Notes under the pieces: model-generated
What the model was told of the DNA's origin: nothing
The model's database searches: none
What the model saw: only the letters and a program-made list of their open reading frames with translations
NCBI GenBank assembly: GCA_046597055.1
Contig: JBKJLC010000164.1
Coordinates: 1-28,326, forward strand
Length of the DNA stretch: 28,326 nucleotides
Direction: 5' to 3'
Origin: Kofleriaceae bacterium
GTDB taxonomy: Bacteria > Myxococcota_A > Polyangia > Haliangiales > Haliangiaceae
Part shown: piece by piece, positions 1 through 7,721 of the stretch
Position numbering within the stretch: position 1 is the stretch's first letter
Layout of the letters: the number at the start of each line of letters is the position of its first letter
Position numbers and translations under genes: made by a program

Positions 1-208
1 ACTTCTGATCCCCGCCCCACTCGCCGCCTCCACCCGTGCCAGCGCACCCGTGCGCCCGTCGCTCCCCGTGGTCGCCCTGGTTGGCGTGCTCCCTTACATC
101 GGCCGCCTCGACGAACATCCTCCGCGCCGGCCGGCGTCACCGCCCGAAGCCCGCGCTACCCGGCCCGCTGCGCCGAAACCCGCATCGTTTCTCTTATCCG
201 CTGACTAG

Positions 209-229
209 GGTTAGGGCTGAGGTTAGGGC
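209..229 (+). repeat. 9-bp direct repeat GGTTAGGGC x2 (12-bp period)
   Basis: GGTTAGGGC at 209-217 and 221-229, preceded by a partial CTAGGG, in a locally less GC-rich non-coding patch. Confidence 0.6.
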
Positions 230-281
230 AAGCGCACCGACTCGGTGGTGACGTTCGCGTCGGCGCGCCGCGAACTCCCAG

Positions 282-426
282 TTGGTGTGGGCCGTTGAGG
301 TGGGCCACTACTTCTTCACCCTCAACCCCGAGATCGGCGACGAGCTGATCGCCGGCGGCGCGGTCGACTCGTTCCGCGGCGGCATCATCGGCCTCGCCGT
401 CGCCGTGCCCCGACCACGACCTGCTA
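282..426 (+). pseudogene. Probable gene remnant (VEVGHYFFTLNPEIGDELIAGGAVDSFRGGIIGLAVAVP)
   Basis: Protein-like composition and GC3-biased codons over about 40 codons; no convincing start or RBS, and it runs into the 3' end of the opposite-strand gene. Confidence 0.25.
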
Positions 427-1491
427 CTCCGCCGGCGGGCGAAAGCGGACGTCGGAATGCGGCATCTCGCCGATGACCTCGGCGCCCCGGCGCAGCACCT
501 GACGCGTCACCAGTGGCTTGGCCTTCAGGTTGTCCGACTCCCACGCCACCCACAGCCCATCGGGTCCGGGCTCGACTCGGGTCCCGACGGCCAGCGGCTT
601 GGGCAGGCAGCCGTCGTGGAGCGCCCAGCTCGAGGCCATCGGACCGTACATCCCGGGCGTGCCGTAGACCACCAAGAGGCGCGGCGGCGACGCCGAGACC
701 CAGTGATGGCTCGAGATCATCTCGCCGTCCTCCACGGAGCCGCGCAGCTGCGACTGCTTCTGCCTGGTCCCCGGCGGGGGCATGCAACCGAGTGCCTGGC
801 CGTCGTCGAGTTCCTTGGTCCGGAAACCGGACACCTCGATCGTGGGCCAGGCCCAGGCGTCAGCGGTCACGCTGCCTGCTTCGACCACCGGCTTGTCGAC
901 CAGCCACAACTTGGCACGGGTCCAGGCCTCGCACTGCCAGCCGTCGTAGGGAAATCCCCACGGACACTCGACCCACCACGCCGCGCCGCTCGCCACCACC
1001 AGCCCATAGCCCTCGTCCTCGATCACGCCGCCTTCAATGAGACCGTCATCATTCGGGGTGGTCGGCCGCGGGGCCTTGAACGCGGTCTCGGGTGGTACGG
1101 CGATCCGGGTCATCCGGTCCGCGGTCACCACCACCACGTCACGCGGCGGGACGTGCACGATGAAGTGATCGTGATCGGCCCAGGCGCCGTCGATCGCCCC
1201 CTGGTAGTCCTCGGGATCCACCTTGGCCAGCTCGACGCTGCTCAGCTCCACCAGCTTGCCGCCGTCGATGGCCCAGCCGGTCACCGTGCCGGTGCCCAGC
1301 GCCACCAGGTCGGCCCTGGCCAGGTCCTTCGGCGACGCCGGCAGTGGCGGTCCCGGCGGCTCGACTGCCTTCGCCGCCTCGGGCTCGGTGCCGGGGCCAG
1401 CCCCGGGCACCACCACGGCGCCGCCGGGCTTCGGCTTGCCGCCACACCCGGCGAGCATCACTACAGCGGCGACGGTTCCTGCGAGGTGCAT
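424..1491 (-). CDS. Hypothetical lipoprotein (355 aa), Trp/Cys-containing beta-rich domain
   Basis: ORF 424..1701 re-started at ATG 1491: MHLAGTVAAVVMLAGC gives a signal peptide with LAGC lipobox, then a Pro/Ala linker. TATTGT -10 hexamer lies 6 nt upstream. Confidence 0.8.
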   Translation of the reverse strand: MHLAGTVAAVVMLAGCGGKPKPGGAVVVPGAGPGTEPEAAKAVEPPGPPLPASPKDLARADLVALGTGTVTGWAIDGGKLVELSSVELAKVDPEDYQGAIDGAWADHDHFIVHVPPRDVVVVTADRMTRIAVPPETAFKAPRPTTPNDDGLIEGGVIEDEGYGLVVASGAAWWVECPWGFPYDGWQCEAWTRAKLWLVDKPVVEAGSVTADAWAWPTIEVSGFRTKELDDGQALGCMPPPGTRQKQSQLRGSVEDGEMISSHHWVSASPPRLLVVYGTPGMYGPMASSWALHDGCLPKPLAVGTRVEPGPDGLWVAWESDNLKAKPLVTRQVLRRGAEVIGEMPHSDVRFRPPAE

Positions 1492-1497
1492 GACTCG

Positions 1498-1503
1498 ACA
1501 ATA
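1498..1503 (-). promoter_or_regulatory. -10 element (TATTGT) of a putative leaderless transcript
   Basis: TAnnnT hexamer 6 nt before ATG 1491, no Shine-Dalgarno; same geometry at four other genes. Confidence 0.5.
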
Positions 1504-1684
1504 CCGCAGGCCGCCGCCGGCTGGCTCAGCCGTGGCCGTTGCGGCGCCCGAGGCCAGCATGCGGCCGATGAGGACGTCGGCCAGCCGCAGCGAGTCGGCG
1601 CCGCTGCCACCGCCGACCTGGACGTCTGTGTTCCTCCGTTCACGGCTGGCAAAGAGTGACGTGCGCGCGTCGCGGGTTAGATGG

Positions 1685-1700
1685 TGGCACCGCGCATGCA
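1685..1700 (+). promoter_or_regulatory. Putative sigma54 (-24/-12) promoter
   Basis: TGGCACCGCGCATGCA versus consensus TGGCAC-N5-TTGCW; GG-N10-GC spacing exact; ends 13 nt before ATG 1714. Confidence 0.6.
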
Positions 1701-1713
1701 ATGCAGCCGGTCC

Positions 1714-2994
1714 ATGTCACGCACCTCCTCCTCCGCGATCGTCTCGACAATCATCGCCATGCTCCTTTCGGCTCACGCGCTCGTCGCCTGTGGGCCGCCG
1801 CCCGACACTGACGCTGCCGACGACAGTGGCGACGTCGACGCGGGCAACGCACCGGATGCGATGCCCGACGCACCGCTGCCGCAGCTGTCGCAGCTCTTGC
1901 CCGATCCGCAGACCGAGCGAGCCGGCTTCGGGCGCGCGATGGCGGTGAGCGGAGACACGCTCGTCGTCGGCGCGACCAACGGCCGCGAGCGCACGCCGGG
2001 CGCGGCGTACGTGTTCGTGCGGCGCGACGGCCAGTGGCAGCAGCAGGCCAAGCTCGCCGGCGATGCGGGTGGGGTCGCGTTCGCCGAGGAGATCGCGATC
2101 GGCGGCGACACGATCGCGGTGACCGAGCGGATGCCGGGCGCATCGATGGACGCGCCGACGCCGCGGCGCGTGCACGTCTTCACGCGCAGCGGCGCCGCGT
2201 GGTCGCTGGCCCAGACGCTCGCTCCGGCGATCGCGAGCTCCAACTACGGCCGCTCGGTCGCCGTCGAGGGCGACACGATCGTTGTCGGTGACGGCGGGCA
2301 CTACGTGATAAGCGAGCTGGTCAACATCGGGGCGCGCGTGTACGTGCGTGATGGCGCCACGTGGGTCGAGCGCGCCTCACTCCTGCCCACCGGCACGACG
2401 CCGAGCTGGAAATACGGCGCCGCGGTCGCGATCGACGGCGACCGGATCGCCGTGAGCGATCCGCGCGCGACCAACGCGGCGAACGAGACCACCGGCAACG
2501 TGTATCTGTTCGAGCGCGACGGTGCCGGAGCGTGGCAGCACGCGAGCACTGTCACACCGCAGTTCGGCAACGTATGGCCGCACGCGATCGGCTTCGGCGA
2601 CTCGGTCGCGCTCGAGGGCGACCGGCTGGTGGTCGGCGTGAGCGATGACAACTGCGTGTCGGCGCGCGTCTACGAGCTCGCCGCCTCGACCTGGAATCTC
2701 GTGGCGAAGCTCGACCCGCATCACAACGCGTGTGGCTTTCAGATGGCGCGCGTGGCGATGGACGGTGATCACGTCGCGGTGGGCGCGACCGGCGCGTTCG
2801 ACGACAACCCGGCCTTCCGGATCGAGGGCGCCGCGTACATCTTCGAGAAGAGCACGGCCGGCTGGAGCGAGCTGCCGGTGACCACGGTCCGCCCCGAGGG
2901 CGCGGTCTCGGCCGGCACGTCGATCGTGCTCACCGGTGAAACGCTGTTGGTCGGCGCGCCTGCTTCGGGCACGGTCTACCTCTGGCGCCGGTAG
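1714..2994 (+). CDS. FG-GAP repeat (integrin-alpha-like beta-propeller) lipoprotein
   Basis: Signal peptide with LVAC lipobox and Asp/Pro linker; repeated FG/YG-x-x-VA-x-x-GD-x-x-VVG ... G-x-x-Y-x-F-x-R units (FGRAMAVSGDTLVVGA, YGRSVAVEGDTIVVG, YGAAVAIDGDRIAV, FGDSVALEGDRLVVG). Confidence 0.85.
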   Translation: MSRTSSSAIVSTIIAMLLSAHALVACGPPPDTDAADDSGDVDAGNAPDAMPDAPLPQLSQLLPDPQTERAGFGRAMAVSGDTLVVGATNGRERTPGAAYVFVRRDGQWQQQAKLAGDAGGVAFAEEIAIGGDTIAVTERMPGASMDAPTPRRVHVFTRSGAAWSLAQTLAPAIASSNYGRSVAVEGDTIVVGDGGHYVISELVNIGARVYVRDGATWVERASLLPTGTTPSWKYGAAVAIDGDRIAVSDPRATNAANETTGNVYLFERDGAGAWQHASTVTPQFGNVWPHAIGFGDSVALEGDRLVVGVSDDNCVSARVYELAASTWNLVAKLDPHHNACGFQMARVAMDGDHVAVGATGAFDDNPAFRIEGAAYIFEKSTAGWSELPVTTVRPEGAVSAGTSIVLTGETLLVGAPASGTVYLWRR

Positions 2995-3190
2995 CTACCG
3001 ATGGCGCTCGGCGAGGGGTCGCGCCAGATCGGCGAGGCCACGCAGGGTGCGGTCGAGCTGGACCTGCGCGCGGTGGCTGCCGACGAGGACGACGCCGACC
3101 AGGCCGCTCACATCCTCGACCGGGCGAACCAAGACGAGCTGGCCCCAGAGCAGCTCGAGCACGCAGTCCGGGTCGGGACACGCAGGCCGT
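2995..3190 (-). pseudogene. Gene remnant (...CVLELLWGQLVLVRPVEDVSGLVGVVLVGSHRAQVQLDRTLRGLADLARPLAERHR*)
   Basis: Hand-translated minus-strand frame with GC3-biased codons ending at TAG 2997-2995; no strong start (an internal GTG would give about 55 aa). Confidence 0.35.
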
Positions 3191-3265
3191 GATCGCAGCG
3201 TGTGTCGCGCCAGGTGGCAAGGGCCGAGGCGCGCCCGCCATGAGGGCGACCGTCGGCGTCGACGG

Positions 3266-3422
3266 CTACGGCTCGACCGTCATGACCAGCATCTGGCCGT
3301 ACTCGACCAGCTCGCTGTCGGGGTGCGGCGCATGGATCTGTACGCCGAGCAGGAACTTGCCGGGCCCGAGGATCTTTCGGCCGATGCAGCGCGCGACCTC
3401 GGAGCTGGCGAACTCGACGCGC
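3266..3422 (-). pseudogene. 3' gene remnant (RVEFASSEVARCIGRKILGPGKFLLGVQIHAPHPDSELVEYGQMLVMTVEP*)
   Basis: Protein-like GC3-rich frame ending in TAG at 3268-3266; an in-frame TAG lies about 18 codons upstream with no start codon before the coding-like part. Confidence 0.4.
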
Positions 3423-3604
3423 TGGGCCCGATTGTCCGCCGCTTCCGGACGTCGGTTGGTGCGGCCTTGGTCCTATGCAACTGCGCGATCGTCCGGGATA
3501 GTGTCGCCGTTGGGGAATACGCACTCGATCCCGTCGGACCTGTCGACGTGCCCGCCTGGTGCATCGCACCGCGGCCGCGGGCGGGCGCATGCCTGGCGAG
3601 CGCG

Positions 3605-5176
3605 ATGACCGAAGACACCCACGGGTTCCACTTCGAGCGGCGCCACCTGGCGCTCGCCTGCGCCGACGTCGGCTGCTTCGAGCTCGATGCCGAGGCCGGC
3701 ACCATCAAGCTCGACCGGCGGGCCGCCGAGCTCGTCGGGATCGAGACGGGGGGCCAGGTCGGGCTCGACGACTACCTCGCGAGGCTCGAGCCGCTCGATC
3801 GCGACCGGGTCGCGCGTCGGGTAGCCACCGCGGTCGCCTCCAGTGGCGACGCTTACCAGGACGAGTTCCGGACCCAGGCGCGACGGTGGATCGCGGCCGA
3901 CGGGCGGGTCGCGCACGACAGCACCCAGCGACGCATGGTGCTGGTGGGGTTGCTCCGCGACGTCACGCTGCGGCGCACCACCGAAGACGAACGCGCGCGT
4001 CTGGTCGACGAGATGGCGAGGACCATGAGGTTCAACGACATGCTGGTCGGCATGGTCGCCCACGACCTGCGCGGTCCGCTGTCCGCCGTCCTCATCGCGG
4101 CGCAAGGCGTCGGCGCTCACGTCCAGGACGACGGCGTCCAGCGCAACGTGGCGCGGATCGAGCAGAGCACCGGCCGGATGTCACGCATCGTCGAGCAGCT
4201 GGTCGATCTGACCCACGCCCGGCTCGACGGCCAGATTCCGTTCCGCTTTCGCCAGAGCGACCTGGCGACGATCGCCCGGCAGGTCTCCGCCGAGACCATG
4301 GCGGCCCACGCGGGCGCGGTGATCGCCGTCGCCGCGAGCGCCGACACGCACTGCAACTGCGACCCCGAGCGTATCGCCCAGGTGGTCTCCAACCTGGTCG
4401 CGAATGCCGTCCTGCATGGCACCGACGTGCGGGCGGTGGGCGTGACCGTCGACGGCGGCGGCCCCGATGTCGTCAGGCTGACCGTGGCCAATCCCGGCCG
4501 GATCGCCCCCGAGACGCTCCCGACGCTGTTCAATCCCTTCCGCCGGGTCCGCCTCGACCAGCCCGCGGGCGGTCGCAGCCAGGGGCTCGGGCTCGGCCTG
4601 TACATCGCGCGTCGGATCGTCGTCGGACACGGCGGGCAGATCACGGTGATCACCGCCGAAGCGCAGGGCACGGTCTTCTGCGTCGAGCTCCCGCGGCAGG
4701 CCGCCTCGGCCACGTTCTCGTTGACGCCCGACGCCGGCGAGGAGGAGGCGATCTCGCTGCAGCGCCTCGGCGTCGCCGATCAGCCGAGCCGGGTCACGGC
4801 GTCCCTGTTCGGCGTGTTGCCGCTGCACGAGCGTGCCCCGGATGCGTTCGCGTCGCTGGTCGAGCGCCATGCCCGCCTGCTCGACGTCTCGCTCGACCGA
4901 CAGATCTATCGCGGCGCCGGCAAGAGCCTCGCGACCGACCTGCGGAGCCTCGCCGATCAGCTGGGCACGCTCGCGGCCGGCGCCGCCGACGTCGCCGAGC
5001 TCCACTCGCGCGCGCTGCAGGCCGCGCTCCGGGGCGCACCCGCCCAGAAGACCACCACGCTGGTGGCCGAGGGCCGCCTCATCGCGCTCGAGTTGATGGG
5101 CCGCCTCCTGACGTTCTACCGCAAGCGCGCCGGCCTGGGCGCGCTGCCCACCGGATCGCCTGGCCGCGGCGCGTAG
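3605..5176 (+). CDS. PAS-histidine kinase fused to a C-terminal KaiA/KaiA3-like domain (523 aa)
   Basis: PAS/PAC (...RWIAADGRV...LVGLLRDVT); H-box VAHDLRGPL, N-box SNLVANAVLHG, F-box LFNPF, G2 GLGLGL. C-terminal about 125 aa (VTASLFG...LADQLGTLAAGAADVAELH...EGRLIALELMGRLLTFYRK) matches the KaiA3 C-domain pattern from memory. Directly upstream of kaiB-kaiC. Confidence 0.85.
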   Translation: MTEDTHGFHFERRHLALACADVGCFELDAEAGTIKLDRRAAELVGIETGGQVGLDDYLARLEPLDRDRVARRVATAVASSGDAYQDEFRTQARRWIAADGRVAHDSTQRRMVLVGLLRDVTLRRTTEDERARLVDEMARTMRFNDMLVGMVAHDLRGPLSAVLIAAQGVGAHVQDDGVQRNVARIEQSTGRMSRIVEQLVDLTHARLDGQIPFRFRQSDLATIARQVSAETMAAHAGAVIAVAASADTHCNCDPERIAQVVSNLVANAVLHGTDVRAVGVTVDGGGPDVVRLTVANPGRIAPETLPTLFNPFRRVRLDQPAGGRSQGLGLGLYIARRIVVGHGGQITVITAEAQGTVFCVELPRQAASATFSLTPDAGEEEAISLQRLGVADQPSRVTASLFGVLPLHERAPDAFASLVERHARLLDVSLDRQIYRGAGKSLATDLRSLADQLGTLAAGAADVAELHSRALQAALRGAPAQKTTTLVAEGRLIALELMGRLLTFYRKRAGLGALPTGSPGRGA

Positions 5177-5201
5177 CAACCACACGGCTGGTGACCCCCC
5201 C

Positions 5202-5519
5202 ATGACGACCTTCCACCTCGAGCTCTACGTGATCGGCCAGTCCGTGAAATCGGAGATGGCGATCGCCAACGTCGAGCGGATCTGCCGGGATCGGCTGCCC
5301 GGTCGCTATCGCCTCGACATCATCGACGTCCTCGATCATCCGGAGGCCGCCGAGGAGGCCAACATCATCGCGACGCCCACCCTGATCCGCAAGAACCCGG
5401 TGCCGGTTCGCCGGGTCATCGGCGACCTGTCGCCGACCGAGGCCGTCCTCGCCGGGCTCGGGATCGACGCAGTACCCGTGGCAATCCCCGACAACGAAGG
5501 CAGCGACCGCAATGGCTAA
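5202..5519 (+). CDS. kaiB: Circadian clock protein KaiB (KaiB3-like)
   Basis: LELYVIG...S..AIAN..RIC...YRLDIIDVLDHPEAAEEANIIATPTLIRKNPVPVRRVIGDLS: canonical KaiB motifs; overlaps the kaiC start by 8 nt. Confidence 0.95.
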   Translation: MTTFHLELYVIGQSVKSEMAIANVERICRDRLPGRYRLDIIDVLDHPEAAEEANIIATPTLIRKNPVPVRRVIGDLSPTEAVLAGLGIDAVPVAIPDNEGSDRNG

Positions 5520-7026
5520 CACCCAGCACGAGATCGAGAAGCTGCCCACGGGCATCCCCGGGTTCGACCTGATCGCGGTGGGCGGGCTGCCGCGCGGGCG
5601 CTCCACGCTCGTCAGCGGCACCGCCGGCAGCGCCAAGACGGTCTTCGCCCTGCAGTTCCTGGTCGAGGGCGCCGCGCTGGGTGAGCCCGGCGTGTTCGTG
5701 ACGTTCGAGGAGACCCCGGACGACCTGCGGCGGAACATGCTCGGCTTCGGCTGGGATCTGGCCAAGCTCGAGGCCGAGGGCAAGTTTCGGTTCGTCGATG
5801 CGTCGCCGCGCCCCGAGGAGGAACGGATCGAGGCCGGCTCCTACGACTTCGGCGCGCTGGTCGCGCGCATCGAAGCGGCCCAGCGCAAGATCGCCGCCAA
5901 GCGGGTCGCGCTCGATTCGCTCGGGGCGGTGTTCACCCAGTTCGCCGATGCCGGCGCGGTGCGCCGCGAGCTCTTTCGACTGCACGCCGCGCTCAAGAAG
6001 CTCCAGCTCACCGCGCTGATCACGTCGGAGCGCAACGAGGAGTACGGCACGATCTCCCGGCATGGCATGGAGGAGTTCGTCGCCGACAACGTCGTGATCG
6101 TGCGCAACGTGCTCGAGCAGGAGAAGCGCCGGCGGACCATCGAGATCCTCAAGTTCCGCGGCACCCCGCACCAGAAGGGCGAGTATCCGTTCTCGGTCAC
6201 CGACCGCGGGATCATCGTGATCCCGCTGTCGGCGATCGACCTCCGGCAGAAGTCGACCACGGTCCGGGTCACGTCGGGCAACGGCGAGCTCGACGTGATG
6301 TGCGGCGGCGGCTTCTTCCGCGACTCGATCATCCTGGTGTCGGGCGCCACCGGCACCGGCAAGACCTTGACGGTCACGGCCTTCACCGCCGGCGGCATCG
6401 AGCAGGGCGAGCGGTGCCTGGCGTTCTGCTTCGAGGAGAGCCGCGAGCAGTTCTTCCGCAACGCGGCCGGGTGGGGCTTCGATTTCGAGAAGCTCGAGCG
6501 CGAGGGGCGCCTCAAGGTCGTCACCGACTACCCGGAGATCATGCCGCTCGAAGATCACCTGCTGCGCATGAAGCGGGTGATCGAAGAGTTCAAGCCCAAC
6601 CGGGTCGCGGTCGACAGCCTGTCGGCGCTCGAGCGCGTCTCGACCATGCGGAGCTTTCGCGAGTTCGTGATCGGCTTGACCGCCTTCGTCAAGCACCAGG
6701 AGATGGCCGGGTTGTTCACCTCGACCACCTCCGACCTGCTCGGTGGCACTTCGGTGACCGAGGCGCACATCTCGACGATCTGCGACTCGATCATCCTGCT
6801 CCGCTACGTCGAGATCCTCGGCGAGATGCGCCGCGGCATGACGGTTCTGAAGATGCGCGGCTCCCCCCACCAGAAGCAGATTCGCGAGTTCTTGATCGAT
6901 GGCGCCGGCATGCACATCGGCAAGGCGTTCCGGAATGTCACGGGGATCATCTCGGGGCACCCGGTGCAGCTGTCGGTGCCGCCCGAGGAGATCGAGCGGT
7001 TTCGCCATCTCTTCACGGAGGAGTAG
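5512..7026 (+). CDS. kaiC: Circadian clock protein KaiC (KaiC3-like, double RecA domain, 504 aa)
   Basis: CI P-loop GTAGSAKT, FEE, KFRG; CII P-loop GATGTGKT, FEE, KMRG; phosphosite motif TEAHISTICD (S421/T422 at 6772-6777); A-loop FRNVTGIISGHP and C-terminal tail. Confidence 0.97.
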   Translation: MANTQHEIEKLPTGIPGFDLIAVGGLPRGRSTLVSGTAGSAKTVFALQFLVEGAALGEPGVFVTFEETPDDLRRNMLGFGWDLAKLEAEGKFRFVDASPRPEEERIEAGSYDFGALVARIEAAQRKIAAKRVALDSLGAVFTQFADAGAVRRELFRLHAALKKLQLTALITSERNEEYGTISRHGMEEFVADNVVIVRNVLEQEKRRRTIEILKFRGTPHQKGEYPFSVTDRGIIVIPLSAIDLRQKSTTVRVTSGNGELDVMCGGGFFRDSIILVSGATGTGKTLTVTAFTAGGIEQGERCLAFCFEESREQFFRNAAGWGFDFEKLEREGRLKVVTDYPEIMPLEDHLLRMKRVIEEFKPNRVAVDSLSALERVSTMRSFREFVIGLTAFVKHQEMAGLFTSTTSDLLGGTSVTEAHISTICDSIILLRYVEILGEMRRGMTVLKMRGSPHQKQIREFLIDGAGMHIGKAFRNVTGIISGHPVQLSVPPEEIERFRHLFTEE

Positions 7027-7032
7027 GCGTCG

Positions 7033-7719
7033 ATGATGACCCCCGCGCGCATCCTGTACGTCGAGGACGACGACGACATCCGCGACACCATGACCATGCT
7101 CCTCGAGCACGAGGGCTACCACGTCACGCCGATGGCGACCGCCGAGAGCGCCCTCGAGGCGCTGACCCGCCACCGCTTCGACCTGCTCCTCACCGACTAC
7201 CAGCTCCCCAACGAGAACGCCGACTGGCTGATCGCGTCGGGCAAGGCGCGCGGCTGTCTGCTCGACACCGCCGTGATCGTCCTGAGTGGGACCGATCACC
7301 CGCGCGGGATCGACGCCTACCGACTGCTCCGCAAGCCGGTCGGCCAGGAGGCGCTGCTGGCGGCCTTCGACGAGGCGATGGGGAGCCGCGGGGTCGCGCC
7401 GCTGGCGACGCTCGGCGGGAACGCCGAGCTGCGGCTGGTCCTCTACGTCTCGGGCGAGTCCCAGGCGTCGCGCAAGGCCCAGCGCAACCTCCAGCTGGCC
7501 CTGCACGGCATCGCCGAGGACCGCATCGCGATCATGGTCCACGACGTCACCGGGACCGATCACGCCTGGGAGAACGCCGCCGAGGACGACCGGATCGTCG
7601 TCCTGCCGACGCTGGTGCGCCATGGGCCGCTGCCCAAGGTGTGGATCGCCGGGGACCTGTCCGATCATGCCCTGGTCCGCGACGCGATCTTGCCCGCGTC
7701 GATGCGGACGCGGGACTGA
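7033..7719 (+). CDS. Response-regulator receiver fused to a KaiB-like domain (228 aa)
   Basis: Intact REC (YVEDD, LLLTD, VLSG, RKP) followed by KaiB-like LVLYVSG..S.KA..NL...DDRIVVLPTLVRHGPLPKVWIAGDLSD; RBS GGAGGAG lies in the last kaiC codons. Confidence 0.9.
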   Translation: MMTPARILYVEDDDDIRDTMTMLLEHEGYHVTPMATAESALEALTRHRFDLLLTDYQLPNENADWLIASGKARGCLLDTAVIVLSGTDHPRGIDAYRLLRKPVGQEALLAAFDEAMGSRGVAPLATLGGNAELRLVLYVSGESQASRKAQRNLQLALHGIAEDRIAIMVHDVTGTDHAWENAAEDDRIVVLPTLVRHGPLPKVWIAGDLSDHALVRDAILPASMRTRD

Positions 7720-7721
7720 GC

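Noticed and set aside
205..229. TTAGGG telomere-like repeats
   Set aside because: Only two non-tandem copies in bacterial DNA.
1510..1640. Coding-like minus-strand stretch (GGGSGADSLRLADVLIGRML) upstream of the lipoprotein
   Set aside because: Would bury the signal peptide if translated; perhaps another remnant, but too short to assign.
1676..1682. GTTAGAT integron attC core (GTTRRRY)
   Set aside because: No upstream RYYYAAC partner or attC hairpin seen, and no repeated sites or integrase.
3001..3192. 63-aa plus-strand ORF
   Set aside because: Composition typical of an antisense shadow; the minus frame is more protein-like.
2936..3604. N-terminal extension of the 746-aa HK ORF
   Set aside because: Low-complexity shadow of minus-strand remnants; domain-like sequence begins at ATG 3605.
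6300..7721. N-terminal part of the 846-aa ORF
   Set aside because: Off-frame overlap with kaiC and REC-KaiB; real start is ATG 7722.
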